Shown: positions 29,491 to 40,403 of the stretch, piece by piece
Layout of the letters: every line of letters starts with the position of its first letter
Position numbering within the stretch: the stretch's first letter is position 1
NCBI GenBank assembly: GCA_965199495.1
Contig: CBDASK010000003.1
Coordinates: 256,001-320,000, forward strand
Direction of reading: 5' to 3'
Source: Abditibacterium sp.
GTDB lineage: Bacteria; Armatimonadota; Abditibacteriia; Abditibacteriales; Abditibacteriaceae
DNA: 64,000 nucleotides
The notes under the pieces: model-generated
What the model saw: the letters and a program-made list of their open reading frames with translations, nothing else
The model's database searches: none
Told to the model about the DNA's origin: nothing
Translations under genes and position numbers: made by a program

Positions 29491-29912
29491 GTTTCGCCGT
29501 CGCTTTCTTCGGGAAAAATCACGCCAACAATCAGAGCCAACGTGCGCGCGCTGACTTCGACTTCGGCATCGTGAGCGCGTCCATCGCGGCGCACAAAACG
29601 CGACAAATCCAGCGCGCGCGTCTGGCTCAAATCGGCGCAACTCAGTTTGCTTAGGCCGCTCGTCGAGCCATCACCAACTGGCACGCGCCAAACGCGGAGT
29701 CCGTCGCGTTGAGGTTGGTAATCGGTCATCGGCGCGCAAAGCCGAACTGTGCGTTCACCGATACCGGGGAGAGAGAGAACAAGCATTGGGCGCGTGTCGC
29801 CGCGTCCGCCTTTGTCACTGCTCATTTCGCTTCCCTGCGTTGGCTCCAAATCAACGCGCCAAATCTCGCCTCGGCGCGGATTGATGGCAGGCGGTTGTTT
29901 GGGAAGTTTCAA
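29487..29912 (-). CDS. Type II toxin, PemK/MazF family
   Basis: RGEIWRVDLEPTQGSE, RPMLVLS, PMT, GL...S.A..SQTRALD..R motifs. Confidence 0.88.
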   Translation of the reverse strand: MKLPKQPPAINPRRGEIWRVDLEPTQGSEMSSDKGGRGDTRPMLVLSLPGIGERTVRLCAPMTDYQPQRDGLRVWRVPVGDGSTSGLSKLSCADLSQTRALDLSRFVRRDGRAHDAEVEVSARTLALIVGVIFPEESDGET

Positions 29913-30367
29913 ATCTTCTCCCCTTCGATATTATCGGCACGGTAAAGTCCGTCCAAATAATCGGGCGCTTCGTCGGGAAATATGGGTGCGCTTCCTATCG
30001 CGTGCCAATCGGCGAAATCATCGTCTGGGCCGTCCCAATCTTCGACCGCTTTTTGTGCGGCGGCCATGACGATTTCGATGGTGCGAGCCTCGCTTTTCGT
30101 GAGCCGAATAATCGCCGCATTACGCCGCTTCATATCGCCGCTATCAAGTTCCGCCAATATCGCCGCCGCACGCGTTTCGGGGGTATCTTGCGCAACAACT
30201 GGCGGCGTGGCTTCTTGCAATGCGCTTTCAGGCACGCGCCACACGCGGCCCCGCTTCACCGCACGCAACTGCCCGCGCTTAATCTGGCGCCGCACGGTAT
30301 CGCGGTGCAACTGCAATCGTTCGGCGGTCTGCTCGACGGTGAGAAGTGATTCCATAATGGATTGCAT
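29909..30367 (-). CDS. Excisionase-type helix-turn-helix protein, putative antitoxin
   Basis: LLTVEQTAERLQLHRDTVRRQIKRGQLRAVKRGRVWRV; acidic C-terminus; stop overlaps the toxin start. Confidence 0.78.
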   Translation of the reverse strand: MQSIMESLLTVEQTAERLQLHRDTVRRQIKRGQLRAVKRGRVWRVPESALQEATPPVVAQDTPETRAAAILAELDSGDMKRRNAAIIRLTKSEARTIEIVMAAAQKAVEDWDGPDDDFADWHAIGSAPIFPDEAPDYLDGLYRADNIEGEKI

Positions 30368-30409
30368 TTTACTATAAAGTCGTCTTATGCAAGCTAAAGT
30401 CGGCTCGAA

Positions 30410-30808
30410 CTATAATTCGTGCCAGATTACGCTTTCAATTCCGCGCTCGCGATTCATCTTCTGTTGGCGCGTGGCTGCATCCGGCGAACTGTGAAAGGCT
30501 CGCGTTAAATCCGCGCAAATTGGAGATAAGGTGAATTCTTCAACTCTCGGCTCCGCTTGCAGCCACGCCGCGAGGCGCTCGCGTTTTTCTCGTGAAACTT
30601 CTAAATCGGCGTTACAATCAACGACGAAACTCCACTTTCCATCTTTGCCGCCACCGGCGCACATCATATCGTTGGCTTCGACTTCATCAATCCAACTATC
30701 AAGAAACGCATCCTGATCGACATGAGTGGCATCAGTTTGAATTTCGACTTTTACCAAAATTTCCTGAAACTCGCCCAGAAACAACTTCTTGCGCAAACGC
30801 TTTTTGAT
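30410..30808 (-). CDS. YggL (DUF469) family ribosome-binding protein
   Basis: KKRLRKKLFLGEFQE...D.WIDEVEAN....GGG...WL motifs. The expected start position holds ATC, 8 nt after GGAG. Confidence 0.75.
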   Translation of the reverse strand: MKKRLRKKLFLGEFQEILVKVEIQTDATHVDQDAFLDSWIDEVEANDMMCAGGGKDGKWSFVVDCNADLEVSREKRERLAAWLQAEPRVEEFTLSPICADLTRAFHSSPDAATRQQKMNRERGIESVIWHEL

Positions 30809-30826
30809 TGCTATTTCTCCAAACAG

Positions 30827-30984
30827 AAAAGGCACGGAGAACCCAATCTCCGTGCCTTTTGCGCGCAAACCAAATCTTACGCTTTGTCTTTCATCCACGA
30901 CATATCGCCGCGCAGTTTCTCGCCGACTTTCTCGATCTGGTGTTCCTTGTCCGCTTCCAATTTCTCGTCGAAATTATGGCGACG
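30827..30984 (-). pseudogene. Diverged duplicate of the ilvC 3' end plus terminator
   Basis: Encodes [34 protein letters not shown] versus ilv[35 protein letters not shown]. Carries the same AAGGCACGGAGAACCCAATCTCCGTGCCTT hairpin. Confidence 0.92.
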
Positions 30985-30991
30985 GAAAAGC

Positions 30992-31186
30992 TCACTTCGC
31001 TTTGATGCTGGGAATGCCCAAATCCTTGCAAATTTTGATCGTCAAATCATCCACGACTTCGCTATGACGCGGCACCGAGGTCGTTTCGCCATTATCGTCG
31101 CAAATCCAAATCGAGTGTTTTGAGCCTTCACGAAACAAGCGGCAATTGTGTTCCTTCAGATATTTGAGAAGTTGGCGCCGTTTCAT
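30992..31186 (-). CDS. hicA: HicA family toxin
   Basis: MKRRQLLKYL...REGSKHSIW...VPRHSEV...ICKDLGI. Start at ATG 31186. Confidence 0.9.
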   Translation of the reverse strand: MKRRQLLKYLKEHNCRLFREGSKHSIWICDDNGETTSVPRHSEVVDDLTIKICKDLGIPSIKAK

Positions 31187-31194
31187 AAAGTGTT

Positions 31195-31413
31195 TTAAGC
31201 AGCCAGAGCAAATTCTTCCACAATTTCGCGGCCCTGCAACTTCTGGCGCGCCAGTTCGCGGCGCGCGGCGAATAATTCCTGCACCGCGTCCATTAAGTTT
31301 TCGCGCGCTTCTTCGAGCGTGCGGCCCTGCGTATTTGCGCCCGGAATCTCTTCGATCCAGGCCATCCACCAATCGCCCTTTTGTTCGTAAACCGCCGTGA
31401 ATTTTGATTGCAT
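31195..31413 (-). CDS. hicB: HicB family antitoxin (short form, no DNA-binding domain)
   Basis: FTAVYEQ...EEIPGANTQGRTLEEARENLMDAV. Confidence 0.9.
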   Translation of the reverse strand: MQSKFTAVYEQKGDWWMAWIEEIPGANTQGRTLEEARENLMDAVQELFAARRELARQKLQGREIVEEFALAA

Positions 31414-31437
31414 TCGCCCCAGTTTACTTCATAAAAC

Positions 31438-31470
31438 AAAAAGGCACGGAGAACCCAATCTCCGTGCCTT
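31438..31470 (-). terminator. ilvC terminator
   Basis: AAGGCACGGAGA / TCTCCGTGCCTT hairpin followed by a U-tract on the minus strand. Confidence 0.8.
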
Positions 31471-31475
31471 CGTTT

Positions 31476-32471
31476 CTACTGTTTGTCTTTCATCCACGAC
31501 ATATCGCCGCGCAGTTTCTCGCCGACTTTCTCGATCTGATGCTCTTTATCGGCGTTCAATTTCGCATCGAAATTGTGGCGACCGCTTTTGTTTTCCGCCA
31601 TCCATTCGTGGGCGAACTGGCCGCTCTGAATTTCGCTTAACACTTTCTTCATTTCTTCTTTGGTGGCGGGCGTGATGATGCGGCGACCGATGTTCACGTC
31701 GCCCCATTTCGCTGTGTCCGAGATCGCGGCGCGCATTCCGGTGATGCCTTTTTCATACATCAAGTCCACGATGAGTTTCATCTCGTGCAAGCACTCGAAG
31801 TAGGCCATTTCGGGCGCGTAACCGGCCTCGACCAGAGTCTCGAAACCGGCGCGAATCAGTTCGGAACAACCGCCGCACAAAACAGCCTGTTCGCCGAACA
31901 AGTCGGATTCGGTCTCTTCTTTGAACGTGGTTTCGTAGACCGCCGCGCGCGTGGCTCCCAGTCCCTTGGCGTAGGCCAAACCGATTTGGCGCGCGTTGCC
32001 AGTCGCGTCCTGCTCAATCGCGATCAGAGCGGGCACGCCTTTGCCTTCTTCGTATTGGCGGCGCACGAACGGGCCGGGGCCTTTGGGCGCGACCATCAAA
32101 ATGTCGATGTCCTCTTGGGGCTTGATGAAGCCGTAGTGAATGTTGAAGCCGTGCGAAAACAAGACCGCTTTGCCCGCCGTGAGATGAGACAAAACTTCTT
32201 TTTCGTAGATTTCGGCCTGCAAGTGATCTTGCGCCAAAATCTGAATCACGTCGGCGCGCTCGGCGGCTTCTGAGGCCGAGACGACTTCAAAGCCGTCTTC
32301 TTTGGCCCGGTCGAACGACTTGCCCGGACGGGCGCCGATAATAACGTCCAAACCGGAATCGCGCAGACACAGCGATTGGCCGCGCCCCTGGGAACCGTAG
32401 CCGATAACGGCGATTGTCTTGCCTTCGAGGACTTTCAAGTCCGCATCAGCATCGTAGTAAATTTGAGCCAT
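31476..32471 (-). CDS. ilvC: Ketol-acid reductoisomerase
   Basis: [36 protein letters not shown] and YFECLHE motifs. Confidence 0.97.
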   Translation of the reverse strand: MAQIYYDADADLKVLEGKTIAVIGYGSQGRGQSLCLRDSGLDVIIGARPGKSFDRAKEDGFEVVSASEAAERADVIQILAQDHLQAEIYEKEVLSHLTAGKAVLFSHGFNIHYGFIKPQEDIDILMVAPKGPGPFVRRQYEEGKGVPALIAIEQDATGNARQIGLAYAKGLGATRAAVYETTFKEETESDLFGEQAVLCGGCSELIRAGFETLVEAGYAPEMAYFECLHEMKLIVDLMYEKGITGMRAAISDTAKWGDVNIGRRIITPATKEEMKKVLSEIQSGQFAHEWMAENKSGRHNFDAKLNADKEHQIEKVGEKLRGDMSWMKDKQ

Positions 32472-32495
32472 GATTTGTTTTGTAGAGCGTTATCC

Positions 32496-32595
32496 CCGTA
32501 GAGACACCGACTTGTCGTGTCTAAAACGTCGAATCCACCGCGTAAGTTTGCGGATTCATTGACGTTTTAGACACGACAAGTCGGTGTCTCTACGG
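32496..32595. repeat. GTAG-type REP doublet (same family as 27034-27130)
   Basis: CCGTAGAGACACCGACTTGTCGTGTCTAAAACGTC ... GACGTTTTAGACACGACAAGTCGGTGTCTCTACGG. Confidence 0.88.
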
Positions 32596-32604
32596 ATAAC
32601 GCCA

Positions 32605-32937
32605 TTAGTTTTTCTCCAACTGGATTTCCCCGGATTGTTCTTCTCGTTTCGTTCCGATAATTGCGCTCCACGCCAATCCCAAAGCCGCGCCCGCAACAAC
32701 GGCAAACGCCGCTTCGCCCAACAGCAGCCACAGCGAGTCCATGCCGAATTTCGCGGTTAAAACTCCGTGGATTTGCCACAAAACGTAGACGAGCGGCCCG
32801 CCCAGCGCGGCGACTAAACCGCGCGCGCGCGCCGCGACAAATCCCCAAATCGCGCCGATAAGTGTCAGGGCAATCGCCGTAGCTATCACTAAAATTTGCG
32901 ATTGCGCGGGCGTAATCAGTTCTTGCAGTTGAGACAT
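32605..32937 (-). CDS. Small membrane protein (about 3 TM segments)
   Basis: MSQLQELITPAQSQILV...; hydrophobic. The longer ORF-track version overlaps the opposite-strand kinase gene. Confidence 0.6.
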   Translation of the reverse strand: MSQLQELITPAQSQILVIATAIALTLIGAIWGFVAARARGLVAALGGPLVYVLWQIHGVLTAKFGMDSLWLLLGEAAFAVVAGAALGLAWSAIIGTKREEQSGEIQLEKN

Positions 32938-33135
32938 CGGGAGCGCAACAAAAAGCCCGCGTCCACAACCGAACGGGGCCACATCGAGAAAAGGAAATGC
33001 GAGGGTGCAGTCTAAAGGCGCGCTGGGCGCAATGTCAACTTTGAAAGTGGACATTTCCCACAATTCAAATCTATCGCTCGCCTTGAATCCATATCTCTGG
33101 CTAAACTCACGCGCGCATTTAACGGGATTTCGCAA

Positions 33136-36100
33136 ATGAATATTCTGGCTGGCTGCCGTGTGCTGGAAACGCTGCACGAAGATCCGAAAACGGGGATTTA
33201 CCGCGCTCTGCGCAATACCGAAAACGGCGAACAACGCGTCGTCCTCAAAACTTTGCGCGCCGCGCATCCGCCGCTCGAAGATGTCGCGCAACTGCGCCAC
33301 GAGTTTCAGATCGCGCGCAATTTGCCGCTCGACGGCGTTTTGCAGCCGCTCGATTTGTTACAGCACGAAAATAGTTTCGTGCTGCTGCTCGAAGATTTCG
33401 ATGGCGTTTCGCTCCACCAATATCTCAAAAAACACGCGCCAGACGGACTCAGTCTCGACGGGTTTTTCCCGCTCGCGCTCAACTTGGCCGAAACCATCGG
33501 TCAAGTTCACGCGCACGGCGTGATTCATAAAGATATTAAACCCGACAATATCTTTGTCAACGCGCAAACCGGGCAGTTGAAATTGGGCGATTTCGGCATC
33601 GCCTCGCAGTTGGCCAGCGAAACGCCCGTCGCCCAGAGCTTGCGCCAGATGCAGGGCACGCTCGCCTATATGTCGCCCGAACAGACCGGGCGCATGAATC
33701 AGCCCTTGGACTATCGCAGCGATTTTTATTCTCTCGGCGTCACGTTTTACCAAATGCTGACGGGCCGCTTGCCTTTTGAGTCGGACGACGCGATGGAATT
33801 GGTTCACGCGCATCTGGCCCGCACACCAGCCACGCCGCCCGATGTTGCGCCGATGCTGAGCGCAATCGTCCTGAAATTGCTCGCCAAAACAGCCAATGAA
33901 CGTTATCAAAGCGCCGCCGGACTGCGCGCCGATTTGGAGGAGTGCCGCGCGCAGTGGACAAGTAACCAAACAATCGAACCATTTAAATTGGCGCGCTTTG
34001 ATCGCTCCGACGAACTGCATATTTCGACGCGCATTTATGGGCGCGACGCTGAAATCGCCATTTTGCTGGACGCCTTCGAGAGCGCGGCGCGTGGCGCGCG
34101 CGAACTGGTGATGGTCGCGGGCTATTCGGGCATCGGCAAAACTTCGGTTGTCGGCGAAATTCATAAACCGATTGTGGCACGGCGCGGCTGGTTCGCGCAG
34201 GGCAAATTCGACCAGTTCCGCCGCGACTCGCCTTACACGGCTTTGATTCAGGCGTTTCGCGAATTGATTCGGCAAGTGCTGACCGAAAGCGAGGAACAGT
34301 TGGTGCGCTTCAAAGCCGAATTGCTCGAAGCGTTGGGGGCAAACGGCCAACTGCTCATCGAAGTTATCCCTGAAATCGAACTAATTACCGGGCCGCAACC
34401 GCCGGTGGCTGCATTAGGGCCGCAGGAATCGCTCAATCGCTTCAACTTTGTTTTGGGCCAGTTCGTGCGCGTGTGGGCGCAAGAACAGCATCCGTTGGTT
34501 TTGTTCCTCGACGATTTGCAATGGGCGTCCGACGCGTCGCTGCGACTTTTGCAATCGCTAATCACTGACCGGCAATCGCATCATTTGTTGATCGTCGGCG
34601 CCTACCGCGACAACGAGGTTTCGGCCTCGCATCCGCTCGTTCTGACGCTCGATGAAATTCGCGAAAGCGGCTTGTCGCCACGCGAAATCACGTTGGGGCC
34701 GCTCCCACCGCAGTGCATCGAACAGTTGGTCGAGGACAGCCTACACTGCTCGCCCGAACAATCGAAACCGTTGGCGGCGCTACTGGAGCAGCGCACGCAG
34801 GGCAATCCGTTTTTTCTCAATCAACTGCTCAAATCATGGTATGAGAACAAGTTAATCGTCAGCATAAATGGGCGTTGGAGTTGGGATTTGGAAGTTTTGG
34901 GCGCGCTGAACCTCATCGGCGATGTCGTCGAATTGATGGTTGGCAAAATCCAGACTTTGCCCGCCGCGACGCAGGAAGTGACGAAGCTGGCGGCGTGCAT
35001 CGGCAACCGTTTCGACGCGCGCACCCTGGCGACGGTGCGCGAGACCGAGGCCGCGCAGGTCGCCGCCGATTTGTGGGACGCGCTGCGCGCCGGATTGATT
35101 TCGCCTCTGGGTGGCAATTATCAAAGCGCGCAATTGGCCGACGAATCGAACGTCGCTTATAAGTTTCTGCACGACCGAGTGCAACAGGCGGCTTATTCGC
35201 TGGTGAGCGACGACGAGCGCGGTGCCCTTCATCTCCAAATCGGGCGTTTGCTGTTGGCCGACGCAGCCACGCGCGACGAGCGATTGTTCGATATCGTCGG
35301 ACATCTCAACGAGGCGCGCGCGCTGATAACCGACGGCGACGAACGGCACAACGTCGTGCGCTTGAACTTGGAAGCGGGCCTCAAAGCCAAAGAAAGCGCC
35401 GCTTATGGCGCGGCCATCCGTTATTTCGCCATCGCGCAGGAAATCGCGCCCGCGATGTTGTGGCAAAGCGATTACGCTCTGATGTTCCAAATGGCGCGCG
35501 AGCGTTCGCAGTGCGAGTATTTGGAAGGCCATTTCGAGCAGGCCGAAGCGCAGTTTGAACTCGCCTTGAAGCACGCGCGCAATACGTTGGATCGAGCGGC
35601 GATTGAGACGATTCGCGTCAGTCTTTACACGACACGCAACGATTACGAGCGGGCGATTGCAGTGGGATTGGAGGGACTGGCGGCGCTGGGATTGCGTCTG
35701 CCACCCGATCCCACTCAGATGGCGGTGATGCGAGCATTACTCACGGCCAAGTGGCTTCAGGGACGCCGCGCCATTCCTGACATTATAAATCTTCCGCAGT
35801 TGCAAGACGCGCGGATGCTGGCCCAAATGGAACTGCTGTCTTCGATGACACCAGCGCTTTATCTCAATAATAGTCAGGGTCTCTTCGCGCTGACGAACTT
35901 AGTTATCGTCAATATTTCTTTGCGACACGGCAACGCGTTGTGGTCGGCTCACGGCTACTCGCTTTATGGCGTGTTGCTGGCTTCGGCGCTGGGCGATGCC
36001 AAAAAGGGCATTGCGTTCGGCGAAATGGCGATGCGACTTTCCGATCAATTCGATGGCGTCGCCGAACGTTGCAAGGCGCATTTCTCGACGGCGTGTTACC

Positions 36101-38478
36101 TACTCCACCATCACCGTCCCTTACGTGAAACCAACGCTCCCTTGGAAGAATGCTACCGTTTGGGAATTGAAGCGGGCAACACGGTTTACGCGGGTTACTC
36201 TTTGATGAATGCGTCTTCTCATATCTCGTTGCAGGGCACGAATTTAGAAAGCGCGGATGAAGAATTTGAAAAGTATCTGCCGTTTTTACGCGAAGCAAAC
36301 GACGCCGATCAGATCATGATGACGCTCATCAGTCAGCAGATGGGACGCAATCTGCGCGGATTGACCGAAAATCAGGGTTCTTTGAGTAGCGACGACTATG
36401 ATGAAGCTGCGGTTGTCGCCGCGATAGCAGCCGGCAAACACGCGCCCTCGACTGAGTGTTGGTATTACATCACTAAAGCGCGCCAGCATTATTTCTGGGG
36501 CGAATATCCCGCCGCGCTCGCAATGGCGCGTGAGGCGCAGCGCTTGAGTTCCGCATTGCTGGCGACGCCCTACATACCGGAGCTGAATTTTTTCCACTCA
36601 CTGACGTTGGCCGCGCTTTACTCCGACGCCGACGAAAAAGAGCGGGTAAGATTTTGGAAGCAGTTGCGCAAAAACCAGATTCAGATGGAAAAGTGGGCGG
36701 CCAACTCGCCCGCAAATTATCGGCATAAATACCTGCTCGTCAAAGCCGAAATGAACCGGCTCAAAGGCTGCGACAGCGAAGCCGCCGCATTGTATGACGC
36801 CGCGATTCGCGCCGCGCGCGACGCCGAATATACGCAGAACGAAGCCCTCGCCAACGAACTCGCCGCGCGCTTTTACCAATCGCACGACCGCAAGACGCTG
36901 GCAAGTTCTTACTTTGATGAGGCGCGCTATCTCTACGCAAAGTGGGGCGCCCATGCCAAAGTCGCGGCGCTCGATGCAGCCACGTCGCCCGACATTGCGC
37001 CGCAATCGCTCAACCCACAACGCACAACGGGCGGTGCGAACGTAGATAAATCGTCTCAACTCGATTTGTCCACGGTCATCAAAGCCTCGCAAGCGATTTC
37101 AGGCGAGATTGATCTGGGCCGCTTGCTGCAACAACTTTTGCGATTTGCTTTAGAAAACGCCGGAGCCACGCGCGGCGCGCTGATTTTGCGCCGCGACAAT
37201 CAATTTTTCGTCGAAGCCGTCGGCGCCAGCGAAGAAACCGAGATGGCTTTGCCGTCGCAGCCGCTCGAAGAATGCGGAAATTATCTGCCGCTTTCGGTTG
37301 TGCAGTTCGTGGCGCGCACGCGCGAAAACGTGATGCTCAACGACACGGCGCATCAGAAAATTTTCGCGGGCGATCCGTATCTGGCCAAGCGCGATATCAA
37401 ATCGCTATTGTGCGCGCCGATTGTGCATCAAACCAAACTCAACGGCCTGATTTATCTGGAAAACCATCTGGTCGCGGGCGCCTTCACGCCGCAGCGATTG
37501 GAAGTTTTGGGCGTGCTGTCGGCCCAAGCCGCGATTTCGCTGCAAAACGCGCGCTTGTATGAACAGCTCATGGATTACAGCCTGACGCTCAAACAACGCG
37601 TGGCCGAACGCACCGCCGAGTTAAGCGCCAAAAATGGCGAGTTGGAGGACACGTTGCGCGAACTTCAACAGATGCAAGAGCGAATTATTGTGCAGGAAAA
37701 AATGGCGTCTTTGGGCGCGTTGACGGCGGGCATCGCGCACGAAATCAAAAATCCGCTCAACTTCGTTAATAATTTCGCCCTGCTTTCGGTGGATTTGGCG
37801 GGCGAACTGCGCGAAGAAACCGACAAATTGATGGCCGATGCGGACGACGAAACGCGCGCTTATCTGGGCGAAATCTTGGACGATTTGCAGGGCAACGCGC
37901 GCAAAATCAGCGAACACGGCAAGCGCGCCGATAGCATCGTGCGCGGAATGCTGTTGCACTCGCGCGGCCAAGTCGGCGCGCCGGAACCGACCGACATCAA
38001 TGCCCTCGTTCACGAAGCCGTGCAGTTGGCCTATCACGGCCAACGCGCCCACGATTCGAGTTTCAATATTTCCATCGAAGAAAATTATGACGAGAATATC
38101 GGGAAAGTCAAAGTTTTGCCGCACGAAATTAGCCGCGTGATTTTGAATTTGGCCAACAACGCCTGTTATGCGGCTGGCAAAAAAGCCGAGCGTCTGCGCG
38201 GCGCAGGCGACACCGCGTTCGCGCCGACGATGCGGGCGACAACGCGCATGATCGGCGAGAACGTGGAAATTCGCGTGAGCGATAATGGCGACGGCATTCC
38301 CGATGAGGCGCGCAAAAATATCTTCACGCCGTTTTTCACCACCAAGCCGACGGGCGAAGGCACGGGACTGGGCCTTTCGATGAGCTACGAAATCGTAGTG
38401 CAACAGCACGGCGGGCAAATGAGATTCGAGAGTTCGGTTGACGCGGGCACTGTATTCATCATACAATTGCCGTGCTAA
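33136..38478 (+). CDS. Trifunctional Ser/Thr kinase - AAA ATPase - GAF - histidine kinase
   Basis: [17 protein letters not shown] kinase motifs; GYSGIGKT Walker A and LDDLQW; GAF segment; AHEIKNPL H-box; DNGDG and GTGLGL. Confidence 0.93.
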   Translation: MNILAGCRVLETLHEDPKTGIYRALRNTENGEQRVVLKTLRAAHPPLEDVAQLRHEFQIARNLPLDGVLQPLDLLQHENSFVLLLEDFDGVSLHQYLKKHAPDGLSLDGFFPLALNLAETIGQVHAHGVIHKDIKPDNIFVNAQTGQLKLGDFGIASQLASETPVAQSLRQMQGTLAYMSPEQTGRMNQPLDYRSDFYSLGVTFYQMLTGRLPFESDDAMELVHAHLARTPATPPDVAPMLSAIVLKLLAKTANERYQSAAGLRADLEECRAQWTSNQTIEPFKLARFDRSDELHISTRIYGRDAEIAILLDAFESAARGARELVMVAGYSGIGKTSVVGEIHKPIVARRGWFAQGKFDQFRRDSPYTALIQAFRELIRQVLTESEEQLVRFKAELLEALGANGQLLIEVIPEIELITGPQPPVAALGPQESLNRFNFVLGQFVRVWAQEQHPLVLFLDDLQWASDASLRLLQSLITDRQSHHLLIVGAYRDNEVSASHPLVLTLDEIRESGLSPREITLGPLPPQCIEQLVEDSLHCSPEQSKPLAALLEQRTQGNPFFLNQLLKSWYENKLIVSINGRWSWDLEVLGALNLIGDVVELMVGKIQTLPAATQEVTKLAACIGNRFDARTLATVRETEAAQVAADLWDALRAGLISPLGGNYQSAQLADESNVAYKFLHDRVQQAAYSLVSDDERGALHLQIGRLLLADAATRDERLFDIVGHLNEARALITDGDERHNVVRLNLEAGLKAKESAAYGAAIRYFAIAQEIAPAMLWQSDYALMFQMARERSQCEYLEGHFEQAEAQFELALKHARNTLDRAAIETIRVSLYTTRNDYERAIAVGLEGLAALGLRLPPDPTQMAVMRALLTAKWLQGRRAIPDIINLPQLQDARMLAQMELLSSMTPALYLNNSQGLFALTNLVIVNISLRHGNALWSAHGYSLYGVLLASALGDAKKGIAFGEMAMRLSDQFDGVAERCKAHFSTACYLLHHHRPLRETNAPLEECYRLGIEAGNTVYAGYSLMNASSHISLQGTNLESADEEFEKYLPFLREANDADQIMMTLISQQMGRNLRGLTENQGSLSSDDYDEAAVVAAIAAGKHAPSTECWYYITKARQHYFWGEYPAALAMAREAQRLSSALLATPYIPELNFFHSLTLAALYSDADEKERVRFWKQLRKNQIQMEKWAANSPANYRHKYLLVKAEMNRLKGCDSEAAALYDAAIRAARDAEYTQNEALANELAARFYQSHDRKTLASSYFDEARYLYAKWGAHAKVAALDAATSPDIAPQSLNPQRTTGGANVDKSSQLDLSTVIKASQAISGEIDLGRLLQQLLRFALENAGATRGALILRRDNQFFVEAVGASEETEMALPSQPLEECGNYLPLSVVQFVARTRENVMLNDTAHQKIFAGDPYLAKRDIKSLLCAPIVHQTKLNGLIYLENHLVAGAFTPQRLEVLGVLSAQAAISLQNARLYEQLMDYSLTLKQRVAERTAELSAKNGELEDTLRELQQMQERIIVQEKMASLGALTAGIAHEIKNPLNFVNNFALLSVDLAGELREETDKLMADADDETRAYLGEILDDLQGNARKISEHGKRADSIVRGMLLHSRGQVGAPEPTDINALVHEAVQLAYHGQRAHDSSFNISIEENYDENIGKVKVLPHEISRVILNLANNACYAAGKKAERLRGAGDTAFAPTMRATTRMIGENVEIRVSDNGDGIPDEARKNIFTPFFTTKPTGEGTGLGLSMSYEIVVQQHGGQMRFESSVDAGTVFIIQLPC

Positions 38479-38539
38479 TTAAATTTAGTTTGTAACAACT
38501 TTAATTTTCTATCGCCAAATTGGCGACGGAAACGAAAAT

Positions 38540-40285
38540 ATGTCCCACAAAATTATAATCTTGGGCGGCGGCGTGGCTGGTATGAGTGCCGCGCACGAAT
38601 TGGCCGAGCGCGGCTTTGAAGTCGAAGTTTTCGAGCAAAACACGGTCGCTGGCGGCAAGGCGCGCAGCGTCGAAGTGCCGGGCACCGCGCAAGACGGGCG
38701 GCCCGGTTATCCGGGCGAACACGGTTTTCGCTTTTTCCCGCGCTTTTATAAGCACGTCACCGACACGATGAAGCGCATTCCGTTCGGCGATGGCGGCGCC
38801 AGCGTTTATCACAATTTGGTCGGCACCAGCCGCATCGAAATGGCGCGTTTCGATTTGCCACCGTTCACCATGAGCGCGCGTTTTCCGCAGAGTCTGGAAG
38901 ATTTTCTGCTAATTATTCACAACACTTTCGGCGATAGTCTGGGCGTGAGCAAAGACGACCGCGAATTTTTCGCCGCGCGCGTCTGGCAAATTCTCTCCAG
39001 TTGCCAGCAGCGCCGCGACGACGAATACGAAAAAATAGATTGGTGGAAATTCATCGAAGCCGACACGCGGAGCGAAGCCTATCAACACGTTTTCGGGTAT
39101 GGTCTGACGCGCTCGCTCGTGGCTTCTAAGGCGAATTTGGCTTCGACCAAAACCGTCGGCGATATTTTGGTGCAACTGCTTTTTGATGCGCTCGAACCGG
39201 GCATTTCCAGCGACCGCGTTTTAAACGGCCCGACCAACGATGTCTGGATCGAGCCGTGGATGAAGCATCTCGAATCAATGGGCGTGAAGTATCATCGCGG
39301 CGCCAAAGTCGTGGGCATGAGCATCGAAGGAAATCAAATTACCGGCGCGACAATCGAGAAAAATGGCGAGAAATTGGAAGTCGCGGGCGATTATTTTATT
39401 GCGGCGTTTCCCGTCGAAGTGATGGCGCAGTTCATCCGCGAGACGCCCGCGCTGAACGACAATCCGAATTTTGCCAGCATCGTCAAGCTGGGCTGTAACG
39501 TGGCCTGGATGAACGGCGCGCAGTTTTACTTGCGGAGCGATGTGCCGATTTGCAACGGCCACGTCATCTACATTGATGCGCCGTGGGCGTTGACTTCGGT
39601 TTCGCAGCACCAGTTTTGGCCCGATGTGGACTTGAGCCAATACGGCGACGGCAAAGTCAAAGGCATTTTGTCGGTTGATATTTCCGAGTGGGGCGAGCCG
39701 GGTTTAAACGGCAAAGCTGCGCGCGACTGCACACGCGAAGAAATCAAAGCCGAAGTCTGGGCGCAACTTCAACGCAGCCTAAACACCGATGGGCAAATGG
39801 TTTTGCGCGACGAAGATTTGCACGATTGGAGTTTGGACAGCGACATCGTGTTCGACGAAGAACACGCGCAGGGCGAATTGGCCTGTCACGCGGCGCAGAC
39901 GTTGAGCGCGCAGACTTCGAGCAACAAAACCAAAAATCGCGAGCCGTTGCTGGTAAATTTGATTAATACGTGGCAACTGCGACCCAAGGCGCACACGGCG
40001 ATTGAGAATTTGTATCTGGCTTCGGATTACGTGCAGACTTTCACCGACTTGGCGACGATGGAAGGCGCCAACGAAGCCGCGCGCCGCGCGACCAACGCCA
40101 TCATTGACGCGGCGGGCGTGGCTGTTGCGCCGTGTACATTGTGGCAGTTGCATGAGCCGGATGTTTTGATCCCGTTTCGCGCCTACGATTGGGCGCGCTA
40201 CAAGTTAGGGTTGCCGTGGCAAAAGCCGCTGGGCGCGAGCGCGAAAACGTTGGATACGCTGGAAGAGCTGAAAGAAATTTTGTAG
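38540..40285 (+). CDS. FAD-dependent oxidoreductase (phytoene desaturase/HpnE-like flavoprotein superfamily)
   Basis: GGGVAG, GGKARS, PGEHGFRFFP, LASDYV and ATMEGANEAAR motifs. Confidence 0.8.
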   Translation: MSHKIIILGGGVAGMSAAHELAERGFEVEVFEQNTVAGGKARSVEVPGTAQDGRPGYPGEHGFRFFPRFYKHVTDTMKRIPFGDGGASVYHNLVGTSRIEMARFDLPPFTMSARFPQSLEDFLLIIHNTFGDSLGVSKDDREFFAARVWQILSSCQQRRDDEYEKIDWWKFIEADTRSEAYQHVFGYGLTRSLVASKANLASTKTVGDILVQLLFDALEPGISSDRVLNGPTNDVWIEPWMKHLESMGVKYHRGAKVVGMSIEGNQITGATIEKNGEKLEVAGDYFIAAFPVEVMAQFIRETPALNDNPNFASIVKLGCNVAWMNGAQFYLRSDVPICNGHVIYIDAPWALTSVSQHQFWPDVDLSQYGDGKVKGILSVDISEWGEPGLNGKAARDCTREEIKAEVWAQLQRSLNTDGQMVLRDEDLHDWSLDSDIVFDEEHAQGELACHAAQTLSAQTSSNKTKNREPLLVNLINTWQLRPKAHTAIENLYLASDYVQTFTDLATMEGANEAARRATNAIIDAAGVAVAPCTLWQLHEPDVLIPFRAYDWARYKLGLPWQKPLGASAKTLDTLEELKEIL

Positions 40286-40403
40286 AATCGCGGATTTTTC
40301 GTCAAACTTACGCGGACAAGTAACTGGCCCCGATTTTTGGAAAGGGGCAACCATTTAACAATCGTGCGAGCGGGCTATCAGTTTTGAAGCAAAGTAGCAT
40401 CTT

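Noticed and set aside
29909..30367. Prophage excisionase
   Set aside because: No integrase or phage genes are present; coupling to PemK fits an antitoxin role better.
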